Positions 13,421 through 26,588 of a stretch of 64,000 nucleotides of DNA are shown piece by piece; within the stretch, counting starts at the first letter, position 1; the number at the start of each line of letters is the position of its first letter. The notes under the pieces are model-generated. The model made no database searches. It was given only the letters and a program-made list of their open reading frames with translations, and was not told the DNA's origin. The DNA comes from Octopus sinensis (Eukaryota). Location of the stretch: the NCBI RefSeq assembly GCF_006345805.1, contig NC_043001.1:23808001-23872000 (forward strand), given 5' to 3'. A program made the position numbers and the translations under genes.

Positions 13421-13622
13421 AAACGGGAAGCTTTATGAAAATAAACAAAAGACGAAGGCAGGTGGAATACAAACAAACAATTGTATAGTATGGCGCTCAG
13501 GAATATAAATAAAACAGTCTTTTTGTTTCGAGCCTACGCTCTTCAACGAAAGATACACAGAAAAGAAACACAGAGAGAAACAAGGAGAGAAAAAAATGCG
13601 TGCAGAAGCTAGCGAATCAACA
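13421..13622 (-). mobile_element. short TA-embedded element related to 7148-7344, with a degenerate HHR
   Basis: Minus strand has gaagagc(gtag)gctcgaaac (13525-13544), ttcctgagcg and ttccac blocks shared with the 7.2-kb element. Confidence 0.55.
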
Positions 13623-13715
13623 TATATATATATTATAATATAATATATATATATAATATATATATATATATATTCTTTTATACTTTAACTTGTATCAGTT
13701 TTATATATATGTATA

Positions 13716-13895
13716 CAGTATTTAAACGTGTATAAGAAACCCTTTTTGCCAAAAATTAGGTTAAAAAAATATGGGAGTTTCTTATATATGGATAGTATTA
13801 TAATCTCTTACAAAACCTTTTTTTTCAAATTTTAAACCCCCTAAATTAGGGGGTTCCTTATACACAAGGGTTCCTTATACGTGTTAAAAATACGG
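13716..13895. mobile_element. Tc2/pogo-like MITE
   Basis: TIRs cagtatttaaacgtgtataagaaaccc / gggttccttatacgtgttaaaaatacgg, TA flanks, repeated subterminal cttata motifs. Confidence 0.65.
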
Positions 13896-14534
13896 TACAT
13901 ACATATATATCATTCATACATACATATCATTTATACATACATACATACATACATACAAACACATACACACATACATATATCTATATACACACACAATCGC
14001 ACATTTTTCTTTATTCTTTATGACCTTCTTTTAATTTTTTTTTGTTTTTTCTTTCCTTTTTTACCCCCACCCCTAAACATTTGATTTTTCTTTTATCTAC
14101 CTCTCTGCTACCTCGTATTCTTAAATTTATGGTTTGATCTAAATAAACAATTTCTTCGGACTGTACCAGAAACAAAACAATTTCGTTTTAATACATTCTA
14201 CAACACGTGTAATATCCTGCGCGGATACCTTTGTCTTTTAATGAAGCTTTCCTCTCGTTTCTCTTATATAGACACCAGAAGCGAGTCACTTTCACTGGTT
14301 AACTAAGCTGTCTCGGCAAATCTTGAAATCCCTTCTCAACATAAACTTTATAATAAATTTTACTCTAATTTTATCACAGAATCCATTTCCAGCGGTAACG
14401 TTCGGCTGTATTCAACAACTCACTTTAAAATAAGGACCTCAATCTAATATATACACATACACACTCATGCACTCTCTCACACATTCACACGCTCTCTCGC
14501 ACACTCACGTACTCTCTCACACACACACGTTTAA

Positions 14535-14619
<85 letters not shown>

Positions 14620-15194
14620 ATCTGCTTATTTGCATATACATCTACCTATCTACATATACATGTGTATTTCCCCATCTTTCCCCCCATCTCTCTCTCTCTC
14701 TCACACACACTCTCTGCTCCACTCTCTGCCCCTCTCTCTCCATATATGAGTGCGTGAATATATATGTCTGTATATGCACATATACATGTATGTATGTATG
14801 TATTTATGTATGTATGTATGTATGTATGTATGTATACATAAATAAATAGATATATCTATATCGAACCACGCTTGATGTCATCAAAAACTATCTGTTATGT
14901 GGCCAAACGGGTAACTGTTTTTATTTCAATAGCAACTAATGAAGCGACTAGTCAACGAGTCAACGAAACATCCAGATGTCCCGCGAGATAATTTGTGGTA
15001 TATATTCCTATTTTCTTTATGTGGTATATTTGGTATCAATTATTCTCGTTTGTTTAATTCATACGGTCATAAAGTCATAGCACCAACTACATGTTGAGTG
15101 ATTGTGCACTCTCAGTAATAAGAAAAAATATCTCTAAGATGAACTAAAATTGTACTGCTTACTTTCACATATATATGTATATATATATATATAT

Positions 15195-15264
<70 letters not shown>

Positions 15265-15481
15265 CTTCGAAACACGCAATGAGTCGAAACAGGGGCAGCT
15301 GAAGAAGGGGAATGTTCCCTCTGTTGTTTGTTTTGTTTCTATATTTTCGTTTCTCGTTGCGTTCTACTTTTATTTGTGGTGTCCTGTACTCATATATGCA
15401 TGTATATATACATATAGATGTAGGTTTGTACATATATGTATGTATGCATATGTTTTATTTATTAAATTGTTATTATATATA

Positions 15482-15544
<63 letters not shown>

Positions 15545-15848
15545 CATACATACATACATACATACATACATACATACATACATACAAATGCATCTAAGTA
15601 TATATACATATGCATGTAATACATACCACACACACATATATACATATATATGATGGATTCTCTCGTCGTGAACGACAAATGACGGTTCAGTAAAATAAAG
15701 CGGTAATCATATTCTATGGACAGGAAGGTATCTCTTGAGGCCTGCAGGTACCTTACAAACCCCTTGTCAAATGGAACAAGTTGAGAACTCAGTTTTCTCG
15801 AGTTTTCTTGAGTGGATGGCAATGCCTGCTTTGCTTCGTACCACAAAA

Positions 15849-16110
15849 CTACAATGACAGGTAAGGTTTCCATTTAGAGGAAGCAGCGTGTTGCCTGTGT
15901 GCCTTCATGCTTGCACGAATTTGGTTCCGATGTTCGAGTTGACTTTGCTCAAATCTTTGAACTGAAGAGAAGCAGAACTGGCGCCAGGTCCTGCGTTCTG
16001 ATGCCTTATTTTCCCAGGAAGAAAAGGGAATGTTGCATTGCTTCAGATTGTCTTTTAGTTTGCCTTTGAAGCGCATGAGTGGCCTTCCAACTGACCTTCC
16101 AGTTGGGCAA
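15849..16110 (-). pseudogene. RTE-clade LINE C-terminal fragment
   Basis: GRSVGRPLMRFKGKLKDNLKQCNI...WENKASERRTWRQ matches the RTE GRPxxRxKDxLK...WExxAxDRxxWR signature. Confidence 0.8.
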
Positions 16111-16668
16111 GCTGGCAAACTGGCCAGTCCGCAACTGAACACGAGTACCGTGACAGATCGAAGCGAGACGTCCAGTAATCACGGGAATTCACATGCACAA
16201 GCAAACATACACGCACGTACACATACACGCACGTACACATACACGCACGTACACATACACGCACGTACACATACACGCACGTACACATACACGCACACAC
16301 AAATACACCTATACACATATATACAACCTAGTAACCAACCGGAAGATTGAATTTATATATATATTAAAATTAATATAGATATTTCATTTTCTCATACTTA
16401 AGATTTTGTTATACCTTTCTGTGTATGTATACGTATATATATGTATACTCTTTACTCTTTTACTTGTTTCAGTCATTTGACTGGGGCCATGCTGGAGCAT
16501 CGCCTTTAGTCAAGCAAATCGACCCCAGGACTTATTCTTTGTAAGCCTAGTACTTATTCTATCGGTGTCTTTTGCCGAACCGCTAAGTTACGGGGACGTA
16601 AACACACCAGCATTGGTTGTCAAGCGATGTTGGGGGGGGACAAACACAGACACACAAACACACACACA

Positions 16669-16735
<67 letters not shown>

Positions 16736-16744
16736 ATATAATAT

Positions 16745-16778
<34 letters not shown>

Positions 16779-16837
16779 ACATTATTGGTGAATTGAAGAA
16801 ATGGAGCTGAACGCAGATTGAACAGAAATCGTTTTAT

Positions 16838-16923
16838 TTCATTCTACACGTGTTTCGAAAGGCACAAATTACCAAAATCCGATTGAATAATGGACCATAT
16901 TGTGTCTTTCTCTTCAGGAAGAA
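16838..16923 (-). ncRNA. mirror copy of the hammerhead motif in the left palindrome arm
   Basis: Reverse complement of 17103-17189. Confidence 0.72.
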
Positions 16924-17102
16924 AAAAGGAAATCCGTTGGAAAAACAAAAACAGAACAGAGGCAGAGCAAAAAACAAATCGAACTGTGCTCCTAAGAGCC
17001 CATGGCGAAACTCAGTTTCGCCATGGGCTCTTAGGAGCACAGTTCGATTTGTTTTTTGCTCTGCCTCTGTTCTGTTTTTGTTTTTCCAACGGATTTCCTT
17101 TT

Positions 17103-17189
17103 TTCTTCCTGAAGAGAAAGACACAATATGGTCCCATTATTCAATCGGATTTTGGTAATTTGTGCCTTTCGAAACACGTGTAGAATGAA
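17103..17189 (+). ncRNA. type I hammerhead ribozyme motif (extended stem II)
   Basis: ttcttc-CTGAAGA-gaaagacacaa...ttgtgcctttc-GAAAC(acgt)GTA-gaatgaa: intact core, 10/11-bp stem II, palindromic stem III, predicted cleavage after A17182. Confidence 0.75.
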
Positions 17190-18329
17190 ATAAAACGATT
17201 TCTGTTCAATCTGCGTTCAGCTCCATTTCTTCAATTCACCAATAATGTTTTAATTTCAATTATCCGCACCAACGCACGGCTGCAACGCCAGATGGTTGTA
17301 CCTCCAACCGTGCTGTTCACTGCTGTGATTTTTGCTACTAAGGTATCGGTTAAACTTTTGATTAATCTACTACAAGATTATTCATCTTTCTATTTCACAA
17401 AATTATATATATATATATACATATACATATATACGACGGGCTTTTTTCAGTTTCCGTCGACCAAATTCACTCAAAAGGCTTTGCTCGACCCGAGGCTATA
17501 GTAGAAGATAATTGCCCAAGGTGCCACGCAGTGGGACTGAACCCGGAACCATGTGGTTAAACAAGCTACTTATCACACAGCCACTCCTGCGCCTATATAT
17601 ATTTACATATTTATGGGTAATCTAAGGATTTACATATTTATGGATAATCTAAGGAAAGAAAAAGAAAAAAGTAAAAAGTTAAGAAAACAGTTTTATGATT
17701 ATTCAAGAAGGAAGTTTATTTCTTCTCTAATGACATAAGTGAAGTGAAATAATTAAACTGGAGAACTGAAACTGGATAACTGACAGAAAGTCGCCCCTTG
17801 CTCTGAATTACACTCTGTTATAGTTTCGGTGTATTGGTAAACGATAGTTCAGTTTGGTAATTGTATACTGTACTTGCAAGCACCCAGAACAAATAATAAT
17901 GATTTTTCTTTGTATAAGACGATAAAATTACGAGGAAAGGGTACAGTGAATTGAATCGATACCAGTATATTTTTACTAACTATTTCACTGATATTTGAGG
18001 ATGAATGTCAACGTCGGTTTCGACAGGATTTCAAATGAGAAACGTAACGGAAACTTATCTCTGGTGCTTTTAAGTTTCTGCTTCCCACACAAAAATACAT
18101 ATTTAAAAAAAATGAATTATAAGGGTGTCAAATCAACCTGCTAGGAATGACAATGAAATGTCTATTGAATTACAATCAATTGCCTTAAGTAAAGGTCATA
18201 TTGGGCATTATAACCACTGATGTAAAAAAAAAAAAGACAGAAAATCTTTCATCATAGGTTTGCTGGATTAGAGCTAGCCTGGGTTAAACAGGAAAAATCG
18301 GATTATTTAGTTCCTAATGGTAGACAGTG

Positions 18330-18577
18330 GTGGCGCGTAGCTTAATGGTTAGGGTGTCAGAATCATGATCGTAAGATTGTGGTTTCGATTCCTGGACCGA
18401 GCGACGCGTTGTGTTCTTGAGCAAAACACTTCCTTTCACGTTGCTCCAGTCCATTCAGCTGGCAAAAATGAGTAACGCTGCGATGGACTGGCGTCCCGTC
18501 CAGCTAGGGAACACATACGCCATAGAAACCGGGAAACCGGGCCCATGAGCCTGGTTAAGCTTTAAAAAAAGGGCGCA
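18330..18577 (+). mobile_element. tRNA-derived SINE family D (V-SINE-like)
   Basis: A/B-box-like head (tagcttaatggtt; ggtttcgattcc), V-domain-like ctgcgatggactggcgtcccgtccag, approximate TSD taatg(g/a)tagacag. Confidence 0.75.
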
Positions 18578-19002
18578 TTACTTTTATTTAATGATAGACA
18601 GGATTGTCACTACTGGGACGCAATGTTTCTCCTTATAAAACATAACGTTGTATATAAATATGGCTCGAAAAGAACTCAGGGAAGATAAAGCTTGCGAAAA
18701 TTCCGACCTTTCTTCAATATAGGCTTATATTCACTTCAGCTCCAATCTATTGGCAAAAATTAAATTCTCCACTTTCCCCTTACTTTTATATAATTCAATG
18801 TAGAATGGTAACTCTCCACACTTCTCTTTCCGCTTCAAATGATACAAAACATCAGATTTCTTGGAACGAGAAGACCCTGTCCTAAGTTTTTACAACCTAA
18901 TCCACTATTCTGCCTTCCTCGCTCCAGTCAGCTAGACAAGAAGAAAACTGCTTGTGATGTGGCACCGAAGGACGTGAAATGGAGAGATATTAACAATATG
19001 GG

Positions 19003-19568
19003 AGCACTCCGTCGGTTGCGACGACGAGAGTCCCAGCTGATATGATCAACGGAGCAGCTTGTTCGTGAAATAAACGTGTAAGTGGCTGAGCACTCCACAG
19101 ACACGTGTATCCTTAACGTAGTTCTCGGGGAGATTCAGCGTGACACAGAGTGGGACAAGGGCTGTCCCTTGGAAATACAGGTACAACAGAAACAGGAAGA
19201 AAAAGTGAGAAAAAGTTGCAGTGAAAGAGTTCAGCAGGAGCCTCGTGGAACTTTAGGTGTTTTCACTCAATAAACACTCACAACGCCCGGTCTGGGAATC
19301 GAAACCGCGAGCCTATGACTACAAGTGGCTGAGCAATCCACAAACACGTGTACCCTTAACGTAGTTCTCGGGGAGAGTCAGCGTGACACAGAGTGTGACA
19401 AGGCTGGCCCTTCGAAATACAGGTACTACTCATTTTTGCCAGCTGAGTGGACTGGAGCAACGTGAAATAAACTGTCTTGCTCAAGGACACAACGCGCCGC
19501 CGGGAATTGAACTCACGACCTTACGATTATGAACCGAATGCCCCTAACCACTAAGCCACGCGCGTTCA
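19003..19568 (-). mobile_element. two adjoining family C/D-related SINE copies
   Basis: 19003-19320 is the reverse complement of family C. 19321-19568 has a D-like head joined to a C-like body. Confidence 0.7.
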
Positions 19569-21175
19569 CATTAACAGTATATCTAAGACTGAAGCAACTA
19601 AACCATGTTCGAACCGAATCTGTAGCGCAGACATTTCTGTATCAATCAATTGCAGCTTGATTTTGTCTCTAGTAGTTCGCCGGCCCCTTATCTTCTGTAC
19701 ATTAGGTACATTTATAGGGATTTCTCATTCCTTATTTCTTCAACTGAGAAACGTAGCAAATCAGTTTAGGTAACTATTGAGAACATAGTTTCAATCTCAT
19801 CGCTTTAACTGTTCAGCACAATGATGCCGAGAGACTGTACACATTTTGATATGGGAAATCCCGTTTCGTAGACTCGTTATTCCATCAAGCCTCTGCCATC
19901 CAGTTTCGTCAATTGTATATCGTGCATTCACACCTTAACACGAATAATTCAAATAACATCCATGAAGCCAAAGAAATGGCCAAGTGTTATTATATTTCCT
20001 TTTGTACATCACCAGTGATAACTTTCCTATAAACCTCTTCTAGTTTAATCATTAACTCCCTATCGCATCTAATATTTTGTATTGCTACACTAATTGTTTC
20101 CCGTATAGTTTCTGCTTTTAATGCCATCTATTCTTAATCTTTTATTATCCTTCGTCGATTCCTTAATTATCTCATTATTCTAGACAAGGAACTGTTTCCG
20201 TGTTGAAATGACGCGTTCAATTTTCAGTAATCAAATATCTACCTATCAGTTTTAAGTTGATCTTCCGGCATCCGGCTTACAGACATATACGGCCTATGTA
20301 GCGTCAATTTAGGTGCCGTGGCAGCGCGTTGCTGCATTCACCATTTGTCAGTATAGTCTAGAGTCCTGCCGGATGATCTGTCGAGCAGAGTTCGAGTCAC
20401 TCCTCATTTCTGCGAATACCTCCTTATCTGTCGTGTCCATGTGGTCGACCAACACCAGCCGTCAACCCAACCAGTTTCCCAGTGAAGAGAACACGGTAAG
20501 CAGGGTTTAACTCGGAAATTCAAGCAACACGACCAAACAGTTTGAACTGGTGCTCCCGAATCTAAGTGAAAATAGGACTACATCCAAACTATCCACATTC
20601 GCTAGCTTAGAAGGACAAGACAATAAGAGATGCATTGCTGAAACATCTCGTAATTTAATCTCATCCGCCTATATTTGAATAATGCCAGTGCTTTAATATC
20701 CAAGGCTATACTGGATAGTGAAGATGATTGAGATCTCTTAATCGCAATATCTCTACTAGGCGGACTGACTACAGTTAAAGATCAAGTATTTATAACTTAG
20801 GAACGAAGTGGAATCGTATTCAAATACCTTGTCTATGGCAATTTGCTAGTGTCATGAAAGATAATATAACAACAAGAAAAGGAAGCAAGCTGGGAGAATC
20901 GTTAGCACACCGGACAAAATGGTTAGCAGTATTTTTTCCGGCTTTACCCTCTAAGTTCAAGTGCTATGCCTTTCATCCTTCTGGTGTTGATAAAATAAAT
21001 GCCAGTTGACCACTTGGATCGACGTAACCCCAAGCAGGTCTGGCACCTAAAGCAGAGAGTAATATAACAAAAAAAAAAAAAACAAAAACAAAAACAAAAA
21101 AAAATGGATATTGATTTCTTGTATTGGCACAAGAGCTCAATTTCAAGAGAAGGACATAGTTATAACGACATAGTT

Positions 21176-21406
21176 AAGGCGGTGAGCTGGCAGAAACGTT
21201 AGCACGCCGGGCGAAATTCGTAGCCGTATTTCGTCTGCCCTTACGTTCTGAGTTCAAAGTCCGCCGAGGTCGACTTTGCCTTTCATCCTTTCGGGGTGAT
21301 AAATTAAGTACCAGTTACGCACTGGGTCGATACAATCGACTTAATCCGTTTGTCTGTCCTTGTTTGTCTCCTCTGTGTTTAGCCCCTTGTGGGTAGTAAA
21401 AAAAAA
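21176..21406 (+). mobile_element. SINE family A monomer
   Basis: aaggcggtgagctggcagaaacg head through tagccccttgtgggtagtaaa tail. Confidence 0.85.
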
Positions 21407-22369
21407 GTTATAACTACCGCAGCATTTATAATTTTACTGACTTCAGAAGAATGAAAAAAAAAAGGTTTCCCTTAACTGGGTTCGAAATAAAAACGTAGAG
21501 ATGATATAACTAAATACTATCACAGATTCTGTCCGATTGCAGCATAAAGTTTTGTCAATTCACCGACCTTGTAATTCGCTGAATATTATCAATTAACTAG
21601 TATATATCTTGTGACAGAAACACTGTGCATACCTACAAAGCGAATTACAATTGTATGCATGTAAATGATTACCATTACAATAAGTTAGGCAAGGATGATA
21701 TCGTGAAATGAATTACAAACAGTGTGATATCCCTTTGCACAAAAAGGAACTATTTTTACATTTCAAGACTACATTATGTAATATTTTTTTATGGATTAAA
21801 TATATAATTAAGACTGACAATATCAGTTAAATGGGGATCTTGTGAAAGTTGTAGGTAATATCAATTCTGCTTTCCCATAAAGTGACGTTGTGGAATAAGA
21901 TATGCATGTAAGAATAAAAATAAGGAGGTGAGGGTAAGTAAGGTTTGATACAAAATGTATTTTCAACCATAGAAATAATACTGAAACGCAACGTCTGAAC
22001 AAATAGAAAAAAAATGAAGAAGCTGTTTTAACGTTTGAAATAAAGAATATAAATTCGTGTGAATGCATATAATTATATGAGAAGGAGAGAGAGAGAGAGA
22101 GAGAGAGAGGTGTCATCACAACCTGTTCCATCTGAATTGGCGTCATACCATTCTATGGTGAATATAATTTACATAACTAAGATAACATTCATGTGATGTA
22201 GTTTTATTTTGAAAAAAAAAAAACCCCGAAAAGTAGATTAGATCCGGTGTTATGAAATTAATTGAATCTATTACTAATTATTTTAGAGATAATTTTGAAT
22301 AATATACACTAAATTCAAAGTTTAAAGGAAAAAAATTAAAATATGTACAGTATACTCTATGTTTTACTT

Positions 22370-23931
22370 GAATCTTTTTGTTTGGCTCACGCTTCTCAAT
22401 TCTTTTAATTTTGTTCCAATTGATTTCAAATTTGGTGTATTGATGTAGTATGCTAATTATGGAAATGAAATTCATTTTTTGCCATATATTATTGAATATA
22501 AAGTTAATAGCTTTTAAACTTTGCAAATGCTGGGTAATTGGATCTTTTCGGTTTGACCGGCAGTTTTTTCTAGCGATGTCATATGAAATTGTCACCCATA
22601 ATTATGACCCTAGCATCGATCTATTGCATTTCAATCTGTTTTAGGGTTAGGGTTAGGGGTGGGGGGAAGGGTATCTTTTTTCTTCACAAATGTAAACAAA
22701 CCCAATCTGTTTCTTAAACGAGGGAATATTCATACGGCACAGAATGTTTTTTTTACCTCAATAGACGTCGTTGATTGGTTGAAATTGCAGAAATTGAAGG
22801 AAAAAAACAACAAATATCTTACAAACTATAGAATTTTCTCAATAAAGCCAAGAGAAAAAGATGTTTTATAAACACATTCTACCAGTATACGAAATTTAAA
22901 AGTATTTAGTTACGTGGAAATTATTTTTAAAAACTGCCGTTCAAACCGAAAGGATCCGGGTAATTTTAGCCAATCGAAAACCATAGACATATTGGTGCCT
23001 TTTCTCATAGTAACAAGACAAGGTATAACCTTGTTGAGATAAACGAAATAGTCTTCTCAAGACGTAAATACGACCAAAGAAGGATGTTACCTGAGCGATG
23101 GGTTTTTGAAGGAGTGTGTTACAAGTTCAGACATGTTTTTCCTCATACGGTACTATGCCGGAATTGTGACATACTGGACGAATGTATATGTCAGTCGATT
23201 CTTCCGGGAACCACAAAACAGGGACTTGTAGAGGGCCTACTCTCACATTCCTGAAATTGACGATTATAATTTTCAACAAAGAATAGTGAACCACAGCGTT
23301 GAGTTTATTAAGTCGAAAAAAAAATGGTATCTATACGCTAGAAGTGGAAAGCACATAGGCCTCTATAAAGCGAAGTAATAAACGGTGCTGTGGCACACAC
23401 CATTCTAAGGCTGACTCGTATATCTGCGAATTTATGAGGCGCAGAAGAAAAGAAAATTGTAGTTTGTTTGACAAGCTCTCAGAGTGCACCTCAAACTTTC
23501 ATTTTTGAATTTTGAATTTTGTATTGTTACATGGACTGAACTTTTGTTTTCGTAATTTAACGTTGTTTTTTTTTGTAACTTTTCGCACCCCCCCCCAAAA
23601 AAAAAAACAAACAAACAAAATCATTGATGATTTCTTCCCTTTTCTATTGTTTACATGCCTTGCAAACAAATAATAACTCATTAAACTTACGTCGTTGATC
23701 GTTTTGTGGTTGTAATGTCATCGCGCACAAAATGCCAGCTTCCAAATTCCGTTTCCTGATTGGGTAAAAATAATCAAAATTTAAACCTCTGTAAAATCTT
23801 TCTAAAATTTTTCGAGAACAAGTGAGTAACAACATCAAATTCAACGTGAAAAATTACATCAATATACCAAATTTGAAAATGTTTACTTAATTTTAAAATT
23901 TCAAAAAGCGTGAGTCAAACCGAAAAGATTC
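22370..23931 (+). mobile_element. decayed Merlin (IS1595/ISXO2-like) DNA transposon
   Basis: TIRs gaatctttttgtttggctcacgctt / aagcgtgagtcaaaccgaaaagattc, near-TSD ttttactt/ttttagtt. Transposase remnants at about 23030-23455: VEINE..RRKY..WVF, ILPGT, VNHS, ICEFMRRR. Confidence 0.75.
22540..22957. mobile_element. Merlin-type MITE nested in the Merlin remnant
   Basis: TIRs ggatcttttcggtttgaccggcagttttt / aaaaactgccgttcaaaccgaaaggatcc. Exact 8-bp TSD gggtaatt. Internal (TTAGGG)3. Confidence 0.85.
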
Positions 23932-23959
23932 TTTTAGTTTCTCACTTATCACTGTCAAT

Positions 23960-24250
23960 AGTCTCCTATAATACTCAAAATTGTCGAACTGTTTTGAATA
24001 TAGGAAGAAGGGTGATAGGAAGAAGGATGATATCAACCATTGTCTCAATAATTTTCAATGAACCATTTGAAGGACTCCTACCTGTAGGAGAATATCGTTC
24101 AAGTCTATGATGATATTTCGGCTCATGGAAGAGCAAAGACTCATCAATCTCTATAGTGACGCCAACCCCACCAAGTTTGACTAGATTTACTTCAAAGTAT
24201 ACAGTACAAATTTCTGTAGAAAAGTTGCAGCCGTAAATCATCGCTTTTTC
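23960..24250 (-). pseudogene. second Merlin-like transposase fragment
   Basis: KLGGVGVTIEIDESLLFHEPKYHH matches the GGxGxxVEIDES..KY motif. Confidence 0.7.
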
Positions 24251-24502
24251 AGAAAAGTTCACCCAATGACCTTCTAATTCTGTAATATGAGGTGCGTTCA
24301 AAAAATACCCGACTTCATTTTTTCCCATCAAAACTAGTGCGGCGTGGCCAAAATCCTTTGGGTAAAAGGTGACGCCATCCATCCTGTGCATGCATGAACA
24401 TTTTTGTGACATAAGACCTCGTATGTTCACCATAAAGATGCATAACATAACACTTCTGAAGTAAAATATTAGAAGGCAGAGAAATTTCTATTCTTATTTC
24501 AT

Positions 24503-24727
24503 ATTTCTTTATTGCTCACAAGGAGCTAAACACAGAGGGGACAAACAAGGACAGACAAAGGGATTAAGTCGATTACATCGACCCCAGTGCGTAACTGGTA
24601 TTTAATTTATCGACCCCGAAAGGATGAAAGGCAAAGTCGACCTCAGCGGAATTTGAACTCAGAACGTAAAGACAGACGAAATACTGCTAAGCATTTCTCC
24701 CGGCGCACTACCGATTCTGCCAGCTCT
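24503..24727 (-). mobile_element. SINE family A
   Basis: Same consensus as the other family A copies. Confidence 0.85.
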
Positions 24728-26085
24728 TATAGACTTAATGGATTTGTAAGTCAAGTAGCTTTTTTGCTTTGTAATTTTCACAGAAACCCATCATTCGATC
24801 TGGAGTATTTTTTCCATTCATGCAGTTACTCTGTGTCACATTTCACTTCACGCTTTAAAAGTTTGTTTCGTTGAAATCACTAAATAACTTTATAGTAGTG
24901 ATCCCACAATTGTCTGGAAGTTATTGCATGCCATAATCGACTGATGGTTATGGATAAAGTTTTCGAGCTCTTGGGTGTTGCAACCTGAAAATTGATCACC
25001 CAGGATATTCCCACCTGAAAAATCATCTCCCTTTCGAAGAGATGGCGATTCTTCAGGTGAATGCAGCAAGCATTGGGAAAAATCATATATCAAAAAGACT
25101 GATGAAGGAGTCCTACGGGATAATCTGACATTTTGCAAATAACAAAAACAAAACAAAACAAAAACAAAAAACAAGAAAAAAAACAAGCCATACTGTCTAA
25201 AAAAAATACACTATGCCTGCAATAAAGACAGAATGTCACGGCTGGAGCACCTTTGATCAGAAGCCTGATATTTCAGGGTTGACTTGTGTGAAAAAATATC
25301 AACATTTTATGTAAAATTCATATTTATTCGAATCAAACATACTTCATAGAAACTTATAGAAATTCTAAGGATAACTGAAATTCTAGAGTTCAGTGGCAGT
25401 TCGCATGCACTTATGAACTTGAGTTTTAGCGGAAAATAATTTGCAGAGGAAAAAAGTACGTTTGCACTTACAAAATGCTATGCTTGAAATATATACCATG
25501 CACGTTTTTTTTTTATGACCAAGTAAATTATGACAGCACACGCGAGAATATCTTATAGAGTATTTCCTCGAATGTGAATTAAGCAATTGAACTGCTCAGG
25601 GCTTTGAGGAAATTCTAAAGAGAAACGAAATCTTCACACCTCATTTGGTGTTCCTTAGCTCTTGTTTACTTGACTTTTCACTCAAAGACAATCTTAACAG
25701 CAAGACCACGTATATATTAAAGGGACAAAATATGATGTGGTATAATGTTATACATATTGTCTTATTATCTGGAAATATTTTCACACACGCTCTGTACATA
25801 TCATGTCTTGTGTTGAAGAAGCAAAAGTAAAGCGCTACATTCAGAGAGCAGAACACGCAACTCCGTTTCCTTTTCGCAGTTGTATCCTTTTCACAGTCGC
25901 CATTATTTTTCAGGAAAAAGACATGAATATATTCCGTTTCTCCATTATAAATTTGAGGAAGCATATTTGTAAAGTGTCTCTATTTCATCAAATGCTGTAA
26001 TATCTCTGAAATATAGAAATGTCTCCTAACATGCAATGAGTATTACATTACTATTACGCTTTAACACTATCAATATATAAATCCA

Positions 26086-26176
<91 letters not shown>

Positions 26177-26588
26177 TCACACGCACATACACACATTTAC
26201 ACACACAGACGCACATTTGACAACCAGATATAAACAAAAACAAGCAGGTAAAATAATTTTAACAGTAACAACAAAAGTGTTTTAACATTTCTTATTTATG
26301 TTTTTACTAAAGAATTTTTTTTTATAGTAAAGTGATAAAAAATTCGATTACTTTCAGTAATGAACATTTGATAAGCTGAATCTATTGCTAAAGAAAATTA
26401 TTAAGGCTTTCAAAATATCATAAAAATACTGATTTCTTACATAAGCAATTTACTGATTTCTTTCATAGGGAATTTTTAGACGATTATGTCGAGCACAGCA
26501 ATTGATTTTTATCGAATCAGGAGGCTGAAAACTAAAGATGACATCGATGGGATTTGAACAATGGATGTAAACAGACGTAACTAAATAC

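Larger units (their letters stand above)
16778..17249. repeat. 472-bp near-perfect palindrome
   Basis: Arms 16778-17012 and 17014-17249 with a single-nt centre (17013). The only difference seen is one extra C in the right arm. Confidence 0.95.
16447..17594 (-). mobile_element. SINE family B interrupted in its (TA)n tract by the 16778-17403 insertion
   Basis: Tail half at 16447-16700 and head half at 17434-17594. Confidence 0.85.

Noticed and set aside
15262-15395. TA-flanked insert with cgaaac twice and ctgaaga-agggg..tccct
   Set aside because: It contains hammerhead words, but their order and stems do not close a complete fold. It may be a truncated relative.
16834-17183. Near-identical ORFs on opposite strands
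   Set aside because: A by-product of the palindrome.
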